Shown here one piece after another: positions 35,462 through 50,207 of a stretch of 64,000 nt of DNA. Origin of the DNA: Botryllus schlosseri (Eukaryota); contig CM119371.1 in NCBI GenBank assembly GCA_051294905.1, positions 18,602,001-18,666,000 on the forward strand. Direction: 5' to 3'. Position numbers and translations under genes: made by a program. The notes beneath the pieces were generated by a model. That model made no database searches. It was given only the letters and a program-made list of their open reading frames with translations, and was not told where the DNA came from. Positions within the stretch are counted from its first letter, which is position 1; each line of letters starts with the position of its first letter.

Positions 35462-37779
35462 CTTTAGACTAATCTTGTAGATTATTCTTGCTTGTCATAT
35501 GCTAATATAATAATAATAATTTATAGAAGACCGAATATAGCATTGCTCTACACATATGCGCTTTACACAAGAGGCAATAACATATAAAAGAAAAGGTCCT
35601 ATTTTGCGGCCCGCGACCTGATTTGAAAAAAAAAATCAGAAAAACGCTTAGTAAATCATGTTGAAACGCTAAAATTGATTTCAGTCGAAACATAATGTTG
35701 TTGTTTTTCAAAGTGAGCCATTCTATGTGCCCACTATCACTATTACTCACTAGTTGATACGGCTTCGGCATGGTAATATCATTCCATGGATGAAGAATTT
35801 GCTGGTACGAATGGGCATATTGCCTTGACGTGCAATGGCCCACCACTGCCAAGACCGAGACGCCTGCAAAACGACTTCGGGCGCTCCAAAAGACCATGCT
35901 TTACGAGGAGATAGTTTTCTAGCAAGTAGGCCTACCGTGTATAGCTAACCCCAATATTGATTCTTCAATCCATGGGTGGCCAATCTGCAGCAGTAGAAGG
36001 AAAATTATGCGGCTGTCGACACTTGTAATAACAACCCTAAGTTTTCGCAGATACCCCCTGCATCAGCTGTATCTGGGAATCTGATCACCATGGCCGAGAA
36101 AGGATAAATATCTTATAGTAATATGTGAAACTATACTAATATTTATTGACGAAATTCACTCATGAACATGAAAAATTTTTCGCGCTTCGCGCGACTACAG
36201 ATTGGTTCTCTGTGGCTCTTTACAACATAACTACTAACGATTTGGTGCGCATAGTAAGCCGATATGTGCATATAGATTAGTTCGGAGTGTACCGGCAATG
36301 GACATGGACATGATAACGTGGGTATTTGGCCCCAGCTAGTTTGTCACGACTAACCACCGGTATGCGGCCGCAGGCTAGCCTACATGAGTACGCGAAATGC
36401 GGCCGTGAATTACAAAAATGTTGGCCACCCCTGTTTTAGCGGCTAAAGAGTGTTGTCATTGTCAGGTATCGTGTACAGCTCATAGTCCAAAATATAATGA
36501 CATTGATGATCATGATACTTTTTGTTGTATTTGTGTTTGTTCAATAAAATATTAGTTCTTTTGTGGTGACTTTAACCGTCGCCTATGTTAGAAAGCACAG
36601 CGTTGTAATAACGTAGAGTTATCAGACGTGGTTGTTGAACTGCGTTGCCTACTTTTATATCGATATTGATGTCATGCGGCCCGCGGCCTCCAGAAATTTG
36701 GAAAAGTGGCCCGCGACCTATTTTGAGTTGGCGACCCCTGACTTAGAGAATAGGGAAAAGGAGAACTGGAGAAAATAGATTTTTGCAAACAATTTCTTTC
36801 CGAAACCATAACAAAATATCTCTTAACAGTAATGCTTGTATAAGTAAGCTATTGGCAATTAAAATGAGTTTGCACAGTGGAATATTTCGTCTCTGACGGT
36901 TATTCTGTTTATGTGAGTTATGAAGTTTTAGTAGGTATGAATCGAAACTTTGTTGTGATTTTTCTAACTAAAAAAATACAAATTTGCTACCAACGACTCT
37001 TCAAATTCAGAGGTTTCGCGGACCGCTGAACTAGAACTTGAAGTAGTCTAACAGCATAAGTAATGCAACTAGATAAAATCTGTTTGAGTATTTGGGAAAT
37101 GTACTTTGTTACTGGCCACCTGTGAGTATTATGCAATGGTAACTTTACGCCTGTGCCCTGGGCAGTAAGGCTGTTCAAAATAACTCTTTTGTCAAATTTT
37201 ACTGGTTACTTGACAAAATTGTTAGGTTACCTAAACACTATTAACTATTTTGGCACAAGCATTGTGATATACCAAAAAAAATCATTTTTTTTATAAAGTC
37301 CCGACCAGTAGAAGCGAAGTCATTGGTGTACAAAATCTTGGATTTGAAAAGAAGTACCGTAGTATTTACGGTGGCAAAATCTTTTTAATACAGATCACCA
37401 TAAATTAGGGTTACCCTATTTTGGGAATCTGAAAAAAGGACACTTTTTCAAAATTTTCAGATTTAGAATACCAGAATAAAATCCTGAAAAATTGATAAAA
37501 TTCATTCAGAGTTTGTAGTTGGTTGACTAAAAAAAGGTAATCTTTCTGGCTCAACTCCCGAAAGACCCGCCGGAACGTAACTTGAGTACTAATTGCCTTT
37601 ATCTCAGTATGTTTTTAATATAAATTTACCCAAAATTTAAAAAAAAGAAGACATTTGGGTGTTTTCCATGGTCACTTAAAAGAGGACATATGGTAACCTT
37701 ATCGTAAATACTATGATTAGAGATCCTAAATTTTGATACTGGTTGGAATTGAGCAAAATTTGTTGCGGATCAATCAAAG

Positions 37780-38088
37780 CAGTGGTTTTCAACCTTTTTT
37801 TAGACAAGCCCAACTTTATGACAGAGAAAAATTTTGCGCCCCCCCCCCCCTTTTTCGTCATATCACAAAATTCAACCGGGATTCTAGCAACCCCAACAGA
37901 TTGTTTGATGGCACGGAAGGTTATGACTGATGAAGAGAGAATAACAAAATATGAAATTCGGTCTATATATAGAGAAACACGCATGAATTGGAGGTAGTTC
38001 GCGCAGAGCGCAAAATTTTTTTCAGTTGACCGCTTCTTCGCGCCCCCCTTCAGATGCTTTCACGCGTCCCCCAGGTTGAGAACCACTG
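37780..38088. mobile_element. Short hAT-type MITE
   Basis: CAGTGGTTTTCAACC...GGTTGAGAACCACTG with a degenerate 8-bp TSD. Confidence 0.7.
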
Positions 38089-38089
38089 A

Positions 38090-39550
38090 ATTAAGGCAAC
38101 CTAACCAGTAAAATATTTATATTATTTTTAATACATAAATCCAACATCTTTTTCTTAAATATCAATGCTTCTATAGGTTAGAATTCACTCAAAATTGGTG
38201 TACAACGATTTTAACTTAGCTAACAATTTAATCAAGTAGCCAGTGAAATTTGAAAAACGAATACGAACCTGAACCTCGCATCCGCATATTACTACTATTT
38301 AGTTGTCCCATGGCTGAGTTTACGAGCGATGATTTTTCTTTATTGCTTTAGTCGCACGCTATGTATTACGGTCTGTTCTAGGTTCTGCTGGGATTTGTAT
38401 GTAAAGTGGTTGCCGGTATAACATTTTCACTAATAAACATGATTGAAATCTAACAAAAATATACGTTCTACCTGACATTAAGAATCTATTGAAGTGGAAA
38501 TAGCCTTTATAAACATAACTATTTGAACAAATGGTAGATATTGCAAAATAGATAGAAACCTACTCGCATTATCCGCAAAAAATAAGTAGCCTACCTTGCT
38601 ACCGATAGTAAAATGATTTACTAATACATGCACCACTGAAGAAGAAAGATTGCTAGAAATTTATACTACAGTACAAGCGATATATTCTATATGGGTCCGT
38701 ATTACTTTTCCTCTGCTGGTTCTCATTTGTACTGTTGGGCTCAGATTGCAAGGACACAACTATCCTGAAAACAAAAAACAAAAACAAAAAATCCCCTGAA
38801 TCCCGTGAAGTGCGAATAAAATTTCAAGTTGAATTAAATACTCTCAAAAATTTGTGATCCATTTCATTAATTCAGATTGCATGTTGACAGCCACCAGCAC
38901 ACGCTAATTTAAACACATTGTATGGACGGCCGCGTAATTTTCGTTCTACGGCCGCTGGTAGACCACCCCTGGGTTACACCTTTTCTGATGCCCACTGACT
39001 CAAATAGGAATCACAGCCTTCAGAAAGTAAATAGTATTCAAGCATAGCCTACTCTCATATCTTTGAGTCTGAAAAGCATGAAAGACTTTGATTGAGAAAG
39101 AAATGCACACGAGCTTTCTTTTCAAAAATCAGTAGCAGTTCCTATCGTATAGAATATATAGAATACAAAATCACACATAAAACTGATACAGCAGCACCAG
39201 CCAATATATCGGGTGCTGTGGGTATGATAACCTGGTGTAAGTTGATTGCGCTATAGACCATGAACGATGCCTGTATTGCGACTGTACATCACAATCCCTC
39301 ATCTGAATTATTCAACTTATCGACTGGCACGACATGAGACACAATCTCTCGCCTGCAAAGAGCACGTTTTGTTTTGTCGTTGAGTCGTTAACACATAACA
39401 CTTAGCACACTGGCCCATCCATCCATACTTGCGGTTTCTTTTCCTGTGGGGAAACCCCATAGTGGATATCACCGCGTAGCATTTACGCTATCTAGCGTGA
39501 TCTAGTTTAATGAGTTACATCTTCTAGGCAGAATCTCGGAAAAACAGCTA
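38090..39550. repeat. Old diverged repeat, present in inverted orientation at ~61615-63880
   Basis: Collinear reverse-complement blocks, e.g. ttagttgtcccatggctgag/ctcagccatgggacaactaa, aacattttcactaa/ttagtgaaaatgtt, ggggaaaccccata/tatggggtttcccc. Confidence 0.7.
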
Positions 39551-40466
39551 TTTTTGAACAGCCCTAATGCACATGCAGTGATATCTGTAATTCTCGCATA
39601 GTAGATATCCTCGAGTGACAGTATTCTCCGAGTAAATTTCGAAAGAAATGGTTTTGATTCTCATCAGTCACATCATTGGTGTCAATAACTACAGAAATTA
39701 AACATGATTTTTTTAAATTGCATTGGAAGTTTGAAACGTATTTTCCGCATGGTGTGTAATAAAGGGTTCATGCTCTACGATGCCTCAAAAGTATGAAACC
39801 TCGCTTTGGACTAATGCCTTGGATGGTATCTAAGGTGAAGCCCCCCTCCGAAGTTAGGTCGTTCACCCTATGGGAGGGCATGATCAACGTTTCGGGGGGT
39901 ATTGACGATGCTGTTGCGGCTCTTGATGGAGGCAAGAGTTAATGACGAAGTCGTATTTATTTGAAAGGAAACCGAATAATCGCAATACAGTTAGTGGCCT
40001 TAGAATGGCACTAGAACCTCAGCAGGGCGATGTTGTGAAGGACTACCCCATCAACATGAAATTCGCAGCCGCTAGGTGTCGCTATGTTAATGAGCAAAAT
40101 CTCCAAAATTGTAGCTCCACTTTCTGATTTGCTCTAAATATATAGGCTAGTTATTATCTCCATTTCCTCGCCTACGCGTTTTGGCTCATCATCCTAAATA
40201 GGCTATAGTGCGTCACGCGAATGGATCCATATGTTGCATTCAACCCTCGAGCCAAAACAAGCCGCAGGCACCTTAGTTGCAATTAAATTACCCTTAAGGG
40301 TGATGGACACTAGTTTACATTGAAGGCGAAGGCTCTGTTTGTTTATTATAATTTGGAGCGCCTCATTACGCCTCAATACGCTTCATTACGCTTCGCCTCA
40401 CTGCGCTCGAAAATCGATCTCCGAGCGTTTTTTTCGTGGCGTAGGGAAGCGCACAGCGGCGGCAAC

Positions 40467-41696
40467 CAGTGTTGCCAATTTAGCGATTTTCGCGCTAGAT
40501 CTAGCGATTTTTCATCCGGTTTAGCGCCAAAAAATATGGATCTAGCGCCTAGCGCTAAATCTAGCGATTTTTGAAAAGTATTTAGCGATTATTTAGCGCT
40601 TTTTTGCCGAAAATAACCACTAAAGATCAGTTCTGGCTGACCACCGCATTGGCTATACCGGTCACCAGAGTGCGGACTCCGATGATATATCAATATAGAT
40701 CACTACCTACCGATAGATAGTAGGAGATACGCAACTCCGGGCGGTTACGCATGGGCAAACAGTGTGTCTTCTTGCTGAGTAATCTAAAGTAGCATAGTTG
40801 GCAGTGCTACATCTGGCGACCTGAACGCTGAAATTTAATATAATTTGCCAATGGTCATGATCGAAAGATAGTGTCGCAGTGATTTCGAAAATACAAAATA
40901 AAATCTCGTCCGGACAATGGAACCATGCACCCCGAAACAGCCCTCAAAGTCTGAAAACCGGCATTATTGCTCCAATGGCACCGCCCGAACACAATGAACA
41001 TAATAATGACCAATTTTGTCCAGCGATTGTTCTTATCAATGCCGATTTCCAGACTTCGGGGGCTGTTTTGAGGTCGCTCCAATGTCTGGGTATTCGTTTA
41101 AGACCAGATTAATTACATTTCATACACCGGGCTGGTCTTCGGATTATTTTCTTAAGGTCTCTACTTATAGTGGCAAACAAACCCGTTTCAATGTCGTGTT
41201 GTGTCGGGTCAAGTCGCGTGTCGTGTACACGTGTGTCAAGTCGCATGTCGTGTTCAAGTAGGCCAACTCCAACACAGTTTAGAGAAGAAGTCAAGCGCAT
41301 AACCACGGTACATTGCATCACGTATTCACGGACGCATCGAGTAAGGCACGCTGATATAGTGAGCGGTTATGTCTGCAAACCTGGTCAGTGTTCACGTATA
41401 TAGCGATCGTTGCGCAAAACGATCTGTTTTATCGAACTGCACTGCCGTTTTGTCCCGCTTGGATATGATCGACTATTACGTATTATGAACTAGAAATATG
41501 ATAAGTGACTTTGGCCCCAGACGAGTAAAATACAGATGAGAAGAATATATCGATATAATGGTCCAATTTAACACATTTAGCACCTTTTGCAGATTTAGCG
41601 CTATTTTTTAGCGCTTTTTTCTCAATATTTAGCGCCATCTAGCGATTTTTGACACCAGTTTTAGCGATTTTCTTCTATCCGGAGTTGGCAACACTG
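40467..41696. mobile_element. hAT-type MITE with TTTAGCG subterminal repeats
   Basis: TIR CAGTGTTGCCAA; 8-bp TSD GCGGCAAC. Confidence 0.9.
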
Positions 41697-42389
41697 GCGG
41701 CAACTCGGACTCGCGGTCGTAGTCGAATCAGTATATCGCGATGCCGGTATTGATGAGTAGAGACGGAAAGAAAAAACGACTCCTTGGCGTTGACTTTGCT
41801 ACTTTTGACTGAAACTGAAGAAAAGAAAAGATTGAGGGTTGACCCAATATTGAAGAAAAGAGAAACTTTAGGTAGGTAGACCACTAATGCTTTATATTAC
41901 TCTTATGAAATGAAGTATTTCCCAGTACCAATTTTAACCTACTCAGAATCGGTTCGTGTGCTGGAAAAAGTTGTCTGACAGGCCAGATGCGACTCGCGGG
42001 TCGTATGTTTGACGACCCTGCTCTAGAACCATCCGTGCAAAAAGCGATATCATTTTTGGCTGATTTCAATTTTTGATGTTTCACCGGCCCGCCAAATACC
42101 TTATAAAATTTTATCGGTCCACTAGGTGAAAATTTGAGAACCACTGCTCAGCACTTATGTGAAGTACCATAAATGCTTTTTTCAACTCATAAATACTATT
42201 CAATGGCATAGCCAATTCTCAATTATCTCACTATCCTTTCCACTTGGCTATTTCAATGAGGTGGACCAATTTCCTGCTAATCCGTGCCGTATCTTTTTTT
42301 TTTGTTTATTGGCGATGTCTCCATCCAAACACCACCATAGGCCCTTGTCAAGATCAAAACAAATAGGAAAGACATCCCTACCTCTACCG

Positions 42390-44010
42390 CAGTTGTTCCC
42401 AACCTTTTTCGGTGTCAGGGCCAAATTTAGAATTTCAGAGTCGGTCGGGGTCGCACCAATACCAGGGCAATGAAACATACCCAAAATAGTCATCAATATA
42501 TGAAAATCGGCAGTATTCTGATCAATCGTTATTGTTATGGTCATTGTGCTGCTGCGCTCCCACTCCTCCCAGTGCTCAGAACAATCGACCCTTGGTGGCT
42601 ATTTAGGAGTAGTTTTATTGCGCTGGCGAGATTTCAATTCGTATTTTTGCATTCATTGCAACACTAGCTTTCGATAATGACCAGACCTATTAAATTATTC
42701 GGACGCTTCGGTCGTGAGCTATAGGACTACCAATTATGCTGCTTTCGGGGCAGTTTTGTGAGTCAGCTTTTATCGCCTATAAGCGCGAAAATTTTCTATA
42801 ATTCAGATTGAATCGGTCAATACGATCGGGAATCGAATATATATTGCCATCAATTTTTATCCTCTCTCTGCTCGCGTAATCAGTTTTACATGTAGAGCCG
42901 AGGGAGGTGTGTTTGAAAAGGTGGGACTACTCAAAAATAATTAAACATCTACTAGCGTATACCCGTTGGCAGGTACGAAACAGCACTTCGTCAGCCCCCT
43001 CCACAAAAATAATAATAAATAAAAATAAAATAAACTTGGGTCTTGGGCTCCCATAGGATGATAAACCTACCCCTGTTACCTTTTCGCTGTTGCCACAAAA
43101 CTAATGGTACTGTTAAGTGGGCCAGAGCGAAGCGCGAAAATTTTCGATAATTGATGATAAAATCGGTCAATATGATCGGGAATTGCATATATATTGCTAT
43201 CAATTTCTTGTCCTCGCTTCTCACGTAATCAGATTAACCGGTAGAGCCGAGTAAGGTGTCTTGGAAACTGTAGGGCCCGTTAGTATGATTCCGTAACAAG
43301 TTATTTCGTGACGTCCTGTCTGCTATATCAAAAATATAGAATCGCCCAAACGTAGGCTTCTGAACTGAAAGACGCACACGATTTCAAATTGTTATTTCTT
43401 CACTGGAATATAATTTTTCCCTGTCCCGTGAGGTTCAGATTACCTAGGCAGTATTTTGTATATATAACGAAGTCTTCAGTCATCATAAGGGCAGTCCTGT
43501 TGGGCCAAGGTTTTCTCGCTGCCGATCGTTCTGACCCACTTCTTGGAGTCGCATGTTACATGGCCTAAAACTTAATATGTCTTGGTGCGTCGTGGCGCGG
43601 TAATGGCCAACGCCGATTTACCCAATGCCTATTTTTATAAATTTTACGCATTTTTTCTTGGGGATGACTACCCAAAAATCTCGATATTTGGCAGCATGAA
43701 ATCACGCCTAGAGTGAAAAATTTTTGAAAAAGATGCATAATTTTGAAAAAACACTCTATAATTTATGCTAATTCACGAAATAATTTTTTGCCCCGTTGGG
43801 GGTTTCACATGCGGCAGTTATGGTCCTGTCTTTACCTAGTGACGATAGCAATCTACTCACTTTCCTGCAATCCTAATTAAAAACTCCAGACTCCAGGCCA
43901 AGCAAGTGTATTTTATAAATATAAATTTTATTTGTTGTCATAACTCGATTTCCTAATATTTTCTGGGGGCCGCAAGAAGGCTAACTGGGGGCCGCGGTTG
44001 GGAATCATTG
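42390..44010 (-). mobile_element. hAT MITE related to 33443-35461, inverted
   Basis: CAGTTGTTCCCAACC...GGTTGGGAATCATTG; TSD CTCTACCG/CTCTACAG. Confidence 0.8.
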
Positions 44011-44552
44011 CTCTACAGGCATACCTGGAAATCCTATGTTGCCTCTCAGCTGCGCACGTGCGCAAATGCGCAGTGCTGACATGGTCTCTGCGCACACAAA
44101 ATCTAAGTTGCACACGAAGAATCCGAAGTGATGACCTTTTTTTTAGTCGTTACGCACTGTCGTCCAAGTGTCTGCGCAGTAAGTTGGTGAGTGTGCGCAG
44201 ACTCGTCAAAAATTAGAGGTAACATTGCCTGGAACATGATTTTTAGTCATGACCGAGTGATGCAATTGGTCACCGTAAATACTATTATTTGTAAAATGAA
44301 CGAAATTCCAATTTGACTGACCTCGGGTTCTACTGGTTGGAATTGAGTCAAATTTGGTAACGTGACGATTTGACGACTAAGCCGATAAAATTTGAAAAAA
44401 AAATTTGTACGCTCCTATTGCTTACATTGAAAAACAGATCATTGATTAGAAACCATTTGATGTATTATTATATTTTTAGGCGAATATCATCGACTTGTTC
44501 AAGAGCTTCGGCACAATCATGAAGAAGAAGAATTGAAGAATTTAATAGAATA

Positions 44553-44938
44553 TGGCATTTTCCAAATTGCCTCGGATCAATAGACGAGAAGCATGTCATG
44601 TCGCTAGCACCAGCCAACTCTGGCTCATTATTCTTCAACTATAAGAAATATTTTAGTATTGTGCTACTAGCAGTTGCTGATGCTTCATACAAGTTCAGAG
44701 TGGTTGACATTGGTGCGTACGGTGCTCAATGCGACAGCTCGATATTTGCGAATTCGGCCTTTGGCAAACATGTTTTGGGAAAGACATTGAGTGTACCCCA
44801 GATAAACCGCTTCCTGGGGAAGTTGCTACTCTCCCTCATGTTTTCATTGCGGATGAAGCATTCCCTTTGAAACCAATTTGCTAAGGCCTTTTCCTGGTTG
44901 TGATCTAGACAACTCAAAAAGAGTATACAATTATCGAA
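44553..44938 (+). pseudogene. Harbinger DDE transposase remnant
   Basis: WHFPNCLGSIDEKHV...PANSGSLFFNYKKYFSIVLLAVADASYKF..VDIGAYG...DSSIF, then frameshifted FIADEAFPL...LLRPFPG...RVYNYR. Confidence 0.9.
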
Positions 44939-45960
44939 TGAAATTATAGAATGAAATGCTGGTAATCTAATTCTAATCTAATTTGTAGAAGCTGAAAATT
45001 TTCAAGTTGTCGAAGTCTGTTCTTAATGAGAGAACATTGAAACTATTGCCACGTTGGAAGTTTTTAGGCGTCTTGCTGTCAAACACTGTTGTATGCTCCT
45101 GTGCAATATCAACTTGCTATTGGTAATTGTATCTACTGTCTCTCACTCTCGCATTAATGTTGAACAGTGGTATCAAAATGACTTGAGTCAATTTAACACA
45201 TTTTGAGAAAATTGACTTGAAGTAAAGTTTTCATCTTCTTGCAGACACATATTCACCATGATCAACTTTGAATTAGTGAGACAGACATTAGCATGGTTAA
45301 GATATTGCCGAAAATTATTGTAAATTTTCAAAAACTGTATTTCTTCAAGTTTTAAAAAATAGATACTTTGATTCCACTGTTACGATATACGGAATTGTTG
45401 CTGTATGTGTGGCATTGAGAAAGTTGCCTACATTTATGCAACTCTAGTAGAATGCATGCTGGTCTCCATTTTCATGTTGTATTTCCTATGAAGTAGGCTA
45501 CTGCACGACCGTACTAATATGAGTTTATCTGATTGTTATACTGTGAGCTGAACGAAAACATTCCGTGTTGTAGAATAAATGTATTCCTATTAACCTTTGT
45601 CGAGTGATGGACCCTGGTTTACACTGAAGCTGAAAGCAGGACACCAATACTTGATCAGTCGTAAGGGCCTTTTTGCACAGTAAAGACCTTCTGCAGGTTG
45701 ACACAAATAACAACAGGTTAGAAATGGTTCATGTTATTTACAGGAAAGAAGGCTACTGCATGCCAATATACACAAAGTATATGGGTGCATCACAATTGAA
45801 ACATAAGTAAACAGTCAAAGAAGGGAACTGCATGTTATTTACAGACATTATATTTGCGCATCCCAGTAAAACCATGAAAACTGGCAAGGAATGAGGCTAC
45901 TACATATTCCATGTCTCCAACTAATCTTCACTTCTATTTTCTGCAACTACTTTCATAATT

Positions 45961-47227
45961 TCAATTTCCACTTTCAGCCTTTTCTCTGGATTCATACTTC
46001 TCCAAGAGCGGTGCAAGCATGCGTGCGAATAAGTCAACTTCGTCTTCTTTCTCATCTACAAAAATTAAACTAGATGCATTCACGATATTTTTTTCATAAA
46101 TAAGATTGTAATAATTACCTGCAGCAAGGCGTTCAATCGCAGAAAGAATGATTCGCTCACGATCTGACGACCGTGAGTCTTGTTTGTTTTGCTTTCCTGG
46201 AACCAGTTTGCTTAATGGCGTGCTGCAATCACTTGGCAACGGTGGTGCTGGATCTCCAGAACGCAATGGTCCTGTAGAGTGATAGGCCATCTATTCTATA
46301 AACATAACGAAATACAATTTGACAGGGTGTTCACAATTAATATTTGTAACTGAACTGAGCTGCTGGTAACTAAAGTCCTGACCAATGTTCCCTCCAAGCT
46401 GCGCAAACGCGCATCGCTGATCCTGATACGGTCTCTGCGCACAGAAAATCTAAGTTGTGCACAAAAAATCCGAAGTGATGACCTTTTTTTGGTATTTACG
46501 TACTGTTGTCCAAGGGTATGCGCAGTGAGTTGGTGAGTGTGCGCAGACTCGTCAAAAATTAGAGGGAACATTGGTCTTGACCAACGTCTTTCATGTTACA
46601 TGAAATTTGAATGTTGTACTAACCTTGATTCTGCAAACCGCCATTCAGAACTTCAGTCAGGGTCAAAGTAACTAGTGGGTCATGTGTATTTAGAGGATTG
46701 GGGTCATGTGTAATGTATCGACGGCATTATGTGTATCCTCCAGGGAATCCTGTTCTTCACTACAATATTCGTCGACGTTTGAATATGTGCTGGAATAAAC
46801 ATATGAATTTATTTCATGATAGGAAATCGTATCTAATCAGTACCGTAACTAATAGTCATTTACCTTCGGATTTCAACAACTGCATCCAGAAAATCAAACA
46901 TTGGCATTAGCTGCCACGGCCTGTATTTTGACTTTCCCGAACCAGATCTGGTTTGTTCTTGCATATTCTTTTTCTCCCGTCGATATTTATCACGGAGATA
47001 ATTCCATTTCTTTTACATTCATCAACTATGAGAAAAAATCAGCAAAGCAATTGGTGAGTAGTTCGAAGTACTGTACGCGTTTTTTTTATAATTACCTGGA
47101 AATTGTACATCCCAGCTCACGCGTTCCCAGCAGTTTGCATAGCCACTTTGTCGCCATACGATTTGTGTGACTTTAAATACAGCGCTGGGAATTGCCTTAC
47201 CAATTCGATCAGTACCTCCGGATCCAT
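45961..47227 (-). pseudogene. Harbinger accessory MADF (Myb/SANT-like) protein remnant with BESS-like C-terminus
   Basis: MDPEVLIELVRQFPALYLKSHKSYGDK... with an internal TGA; next exon KKWNYLRDKYRREKK...SGSG...WQLMPMFDFL; distal DEVDLFARMLAPLLEK. Confidence 0.75.
46383..46573. mobile_element. 190-bp hAT MITE (related copy ~44033-44227)
   Basis: TIR CAATGTTCCCTC/GAGGGAACATTG; TSD GTCCTGAC/GTCTTGAC. Confidence 0.8.
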
Positions 47228-48400
47228 TAATGCAGATTGCAAAATCACAGCCGTAATAGACATCGTGCCGGGAATGTTTGTTGTTAGCGCGCGAACAATC
47301 AGCTGATCTCAGTGACGCCTGACTGAGCACAATTTACGCTGCCAGTGTGAACCTCAGGTTCGCTTCACATAGTTTAGCTTAGTTTAGCCTAGCTTAGCTT
47401 ATTCTCAGTGTACACCGCCCTTAAATTATGCTGGTATTAGATTGAAGACCAATGTGTCAGCTGTTGGGAGTTTATCGCATCGGCGGGCGACGATGACACT
47501 ACAAATAACAACTGTACGTGTACACAGGTTTGTGTTGCCACATATTGTAGTGTTGCGACATAGGCCGGACGCATCAGTCCAAATTCTGAAAGCGAGAAAA
47601 GCCACTCTGATCTTATTTGATGTGGAATTTAACCCAACGGAATCTCAAGTTCGTGCCCATTGGACTGACAGCTGTGTCATAGATGTCTGCGAAAACGAGC
47701 TCATTCGATTTATTGGGGTCGTCAATATTCAACGAAAATTGGGCTACATAATTGTGCGCGGGTCGGATTGTTAAATGTGAATTGGTTAGCATCCAGCTAC
47801 ACATACTGCGCTATATCGATAAAGCATCAATGCTAGTTGAATATGCTCGTTTGTACGTCTATAATGTTATGGCACACTCGTCGTTTATTATTGCTCATGA
47901 TTTACAGAGCCACTTACATTGAGCGCTTGTTGTACGTCTGCAATAGTAATTGTACACTCGTCGACTCGCCGTGCAATTGAGGGCGCGGGCTCGGAAGCGT
48001 ACGGTAACCATCTCTAATTTAATGGCAGCTTTCTTGAGGCTGGAAAATGGACCTGAATCCTTTTCTGAGGTCGACGAGAAACATTATAGCAAACATATCA
48101 CAATATGTAATATCACAATATTAAAAGAATAACTGGAAAAATGTGTTTCAATGCTTGAATGCTAATCGTCGCGAATTCGATGTCGTAATAATTAAAATAT
48201 TTATCAATGAACATTAATAATGAACGTAATTAGATGTAGCTAGCAATAGCTTAGTCGTATATAGCCAATGTAATTATCATTAATAACGAACGTAATTAGA
48301 GGAAGCTAGCAATAGCTTAGTCGTATACGAGCTTCGTTCAATGTTTATACTTGAAAGTTGCTGATAGCCTTTTAAAAGCTTCAATACGGACAGGGAATGG

Positions 48401-48660
48401 CAGCGAGTGCGATAGTGTAATGGTCACGGTTCTGTTCTACAAGACATAGGGTCCTCGGTTCAAATCAGGGAGAGGAGTCGTTTTCATTCGGCGTTAAAGG
48501 TTCAGTACAGACGGGATTTCTCAGCGAGCGCGGTAGTGTAATTGGTTACAGTTCAGGTCTATAAGACATGAGGTTCTCGGTTCGATTCCGGGAGAAGGTG
48601 CGTTTTCATATCTGAGTAGTGAGATCCTCGGTTCAATTCTCGGCGAGAATCCGTTCTCAT
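48401..48660 (+). ncRNA. Tandem tRNA-like cassettes, copy 2
   Basis: Same A/B-box units; the first two are each followed by GTTTTCAT. Confidence 0.55.
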
Positions 48661-49729
48661 AATCCATTAAAATTCGAGACAGCAAAATTAAAAAAAAATA
48701 CGCGGGAAAATGAAAAAATTACGCGGGAAAATTTAAATTTGAAAGTGGGCGTGGCTGGACACGTGGCGTAATCTCATTGGTGGCTATAATCGGCCTACTC
48801 CTACTACTGGTATTTATCTAATTTTGGATTGAAAGTCGCGAAACTTAAAGAATTGGCATTGAAAACATTCATATTCGTCGCGAGACCAATAAAGGACCCG
48901 GTACCCAACTGTTTGAAATATTGGTGTTCATTGTGACGCCCAATGCAGGAATATTCTCTAGCGACGGTGTACGAGTTGTTGAACAAGTTAAAAGTTTTAT
49001 TTTCTTTCCTGCGCAGGTTTTAAAAGTGATTCCTCAACCTGATTTTTCTCGTAATTGGAATTTACTATGGGATGTACCATAGTTTCAAATCAACACCCCT
49101 AATTGGAGACTTAATCGAAGGAGGCCACATTTTGATGTGAACGAGCAGGAAGTATCTGCGAAACTATAGTTACAAAATATCAGCTGCTATCAAATAATGC
49201 GGACCTTTATCACGGAATCTTAACCACACCGAAAACAAAACGGGCAACGGGCATTTCCGTAACATCGAAAACGTTATTATTGGCAAGTTCGTTAAACCTG
49301 AAGTAAAGTCGTATATTTCTACTCTTAAGTAGTTATGTTAAGTTTAGTTTTGTTTAACAAACTGGAGAAATACGAACAACCACTCAATTCAGTGAGCAAA
49401 GCCTACTTGAGTACTCCAAAAAAGTAGTAATTCCAGGAAACAGATATATTCTTACGGAAACAGAAATCTTGACGTCATCATTCATTGGTTTATTAGCAAT
49501 TTTTATCAGTTCAATACACCACAAAAATGCGATACAATGAAAAGACAGGAAGGTGTCGAAGCGAATTGGAGTAGTCTATGGATTCAGACACCCACCTTGG
49601 CCTAGTTAATGTAAAGAGGAGGTATGCACACTGAATGAAAGTAAAAAAGAAAGCGACAAGAAATGGGGCGGCATGTCATGGAAAGCGAGATCGATAGGCC
49701 AGTCATGGTCTGGTAGTCCTGAGGATGGA

Positions 49730-49925
49730 CTGTATTTATTTAGTAGTAATTGTTTGTATTTCGACTTGAAGGTGGACATGCTCGTCGACTGTCGGATGGC
49801 CGGCGGGATACTGTTCCACACATCAGGTCCGGCATATTTGATAGAGCGATGATCTTTTCGGTCGATGATATGATATTTGGACGACGTGGACGCGCGTGTG
49901 TTATAGGGGAGATGCGGTACCGATG
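49730..49925 (-). pseudogene. 3' fragment of a CR1/L2-group LINE ORF2
   Basis: H.PYNTR...RSIKYAGPDVWNSIP..IR...SMSTFKSKYK..LL.KY. Confidence 0.65.
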
Positions 49926-50207
49926 GATCACTGGGACCGAAAATACTTGAAAAAATCTCCATGATAATTCCACGATTACACTCTGTGAATTTGTCTACAT
50001 GCATGCTGGCAAAATTTTTTCCCTCCCATTTAAAAAATTTCCACGTGCGCGAGTTGTTGGGTCTCTGACAGATGTTTTCTGTTTTTTGGGGTGTAAAGTA
50101 AATTTGGATCGACGTATACATTTTTCATTGTCTCGTTCAACCAGAACAATCGAGCAATCATTTTTATTGTGATGTGTAGGGCTTGTATCAGGCTATATAA
50201 TGGCACA

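Larger units (their letters stand above)
40298..47420. mobile_element. Decayed PIF/Harbinger transposon with nested MITEs
   Basis: Imperfect TIR GGGTGATGGACACT / AGTGTACACCGCCC flanked by T(TA)A. It splits copy 2 of the 1.55-kb unit and contains transposase and MADF gene remnants. Confidence 0.85.
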
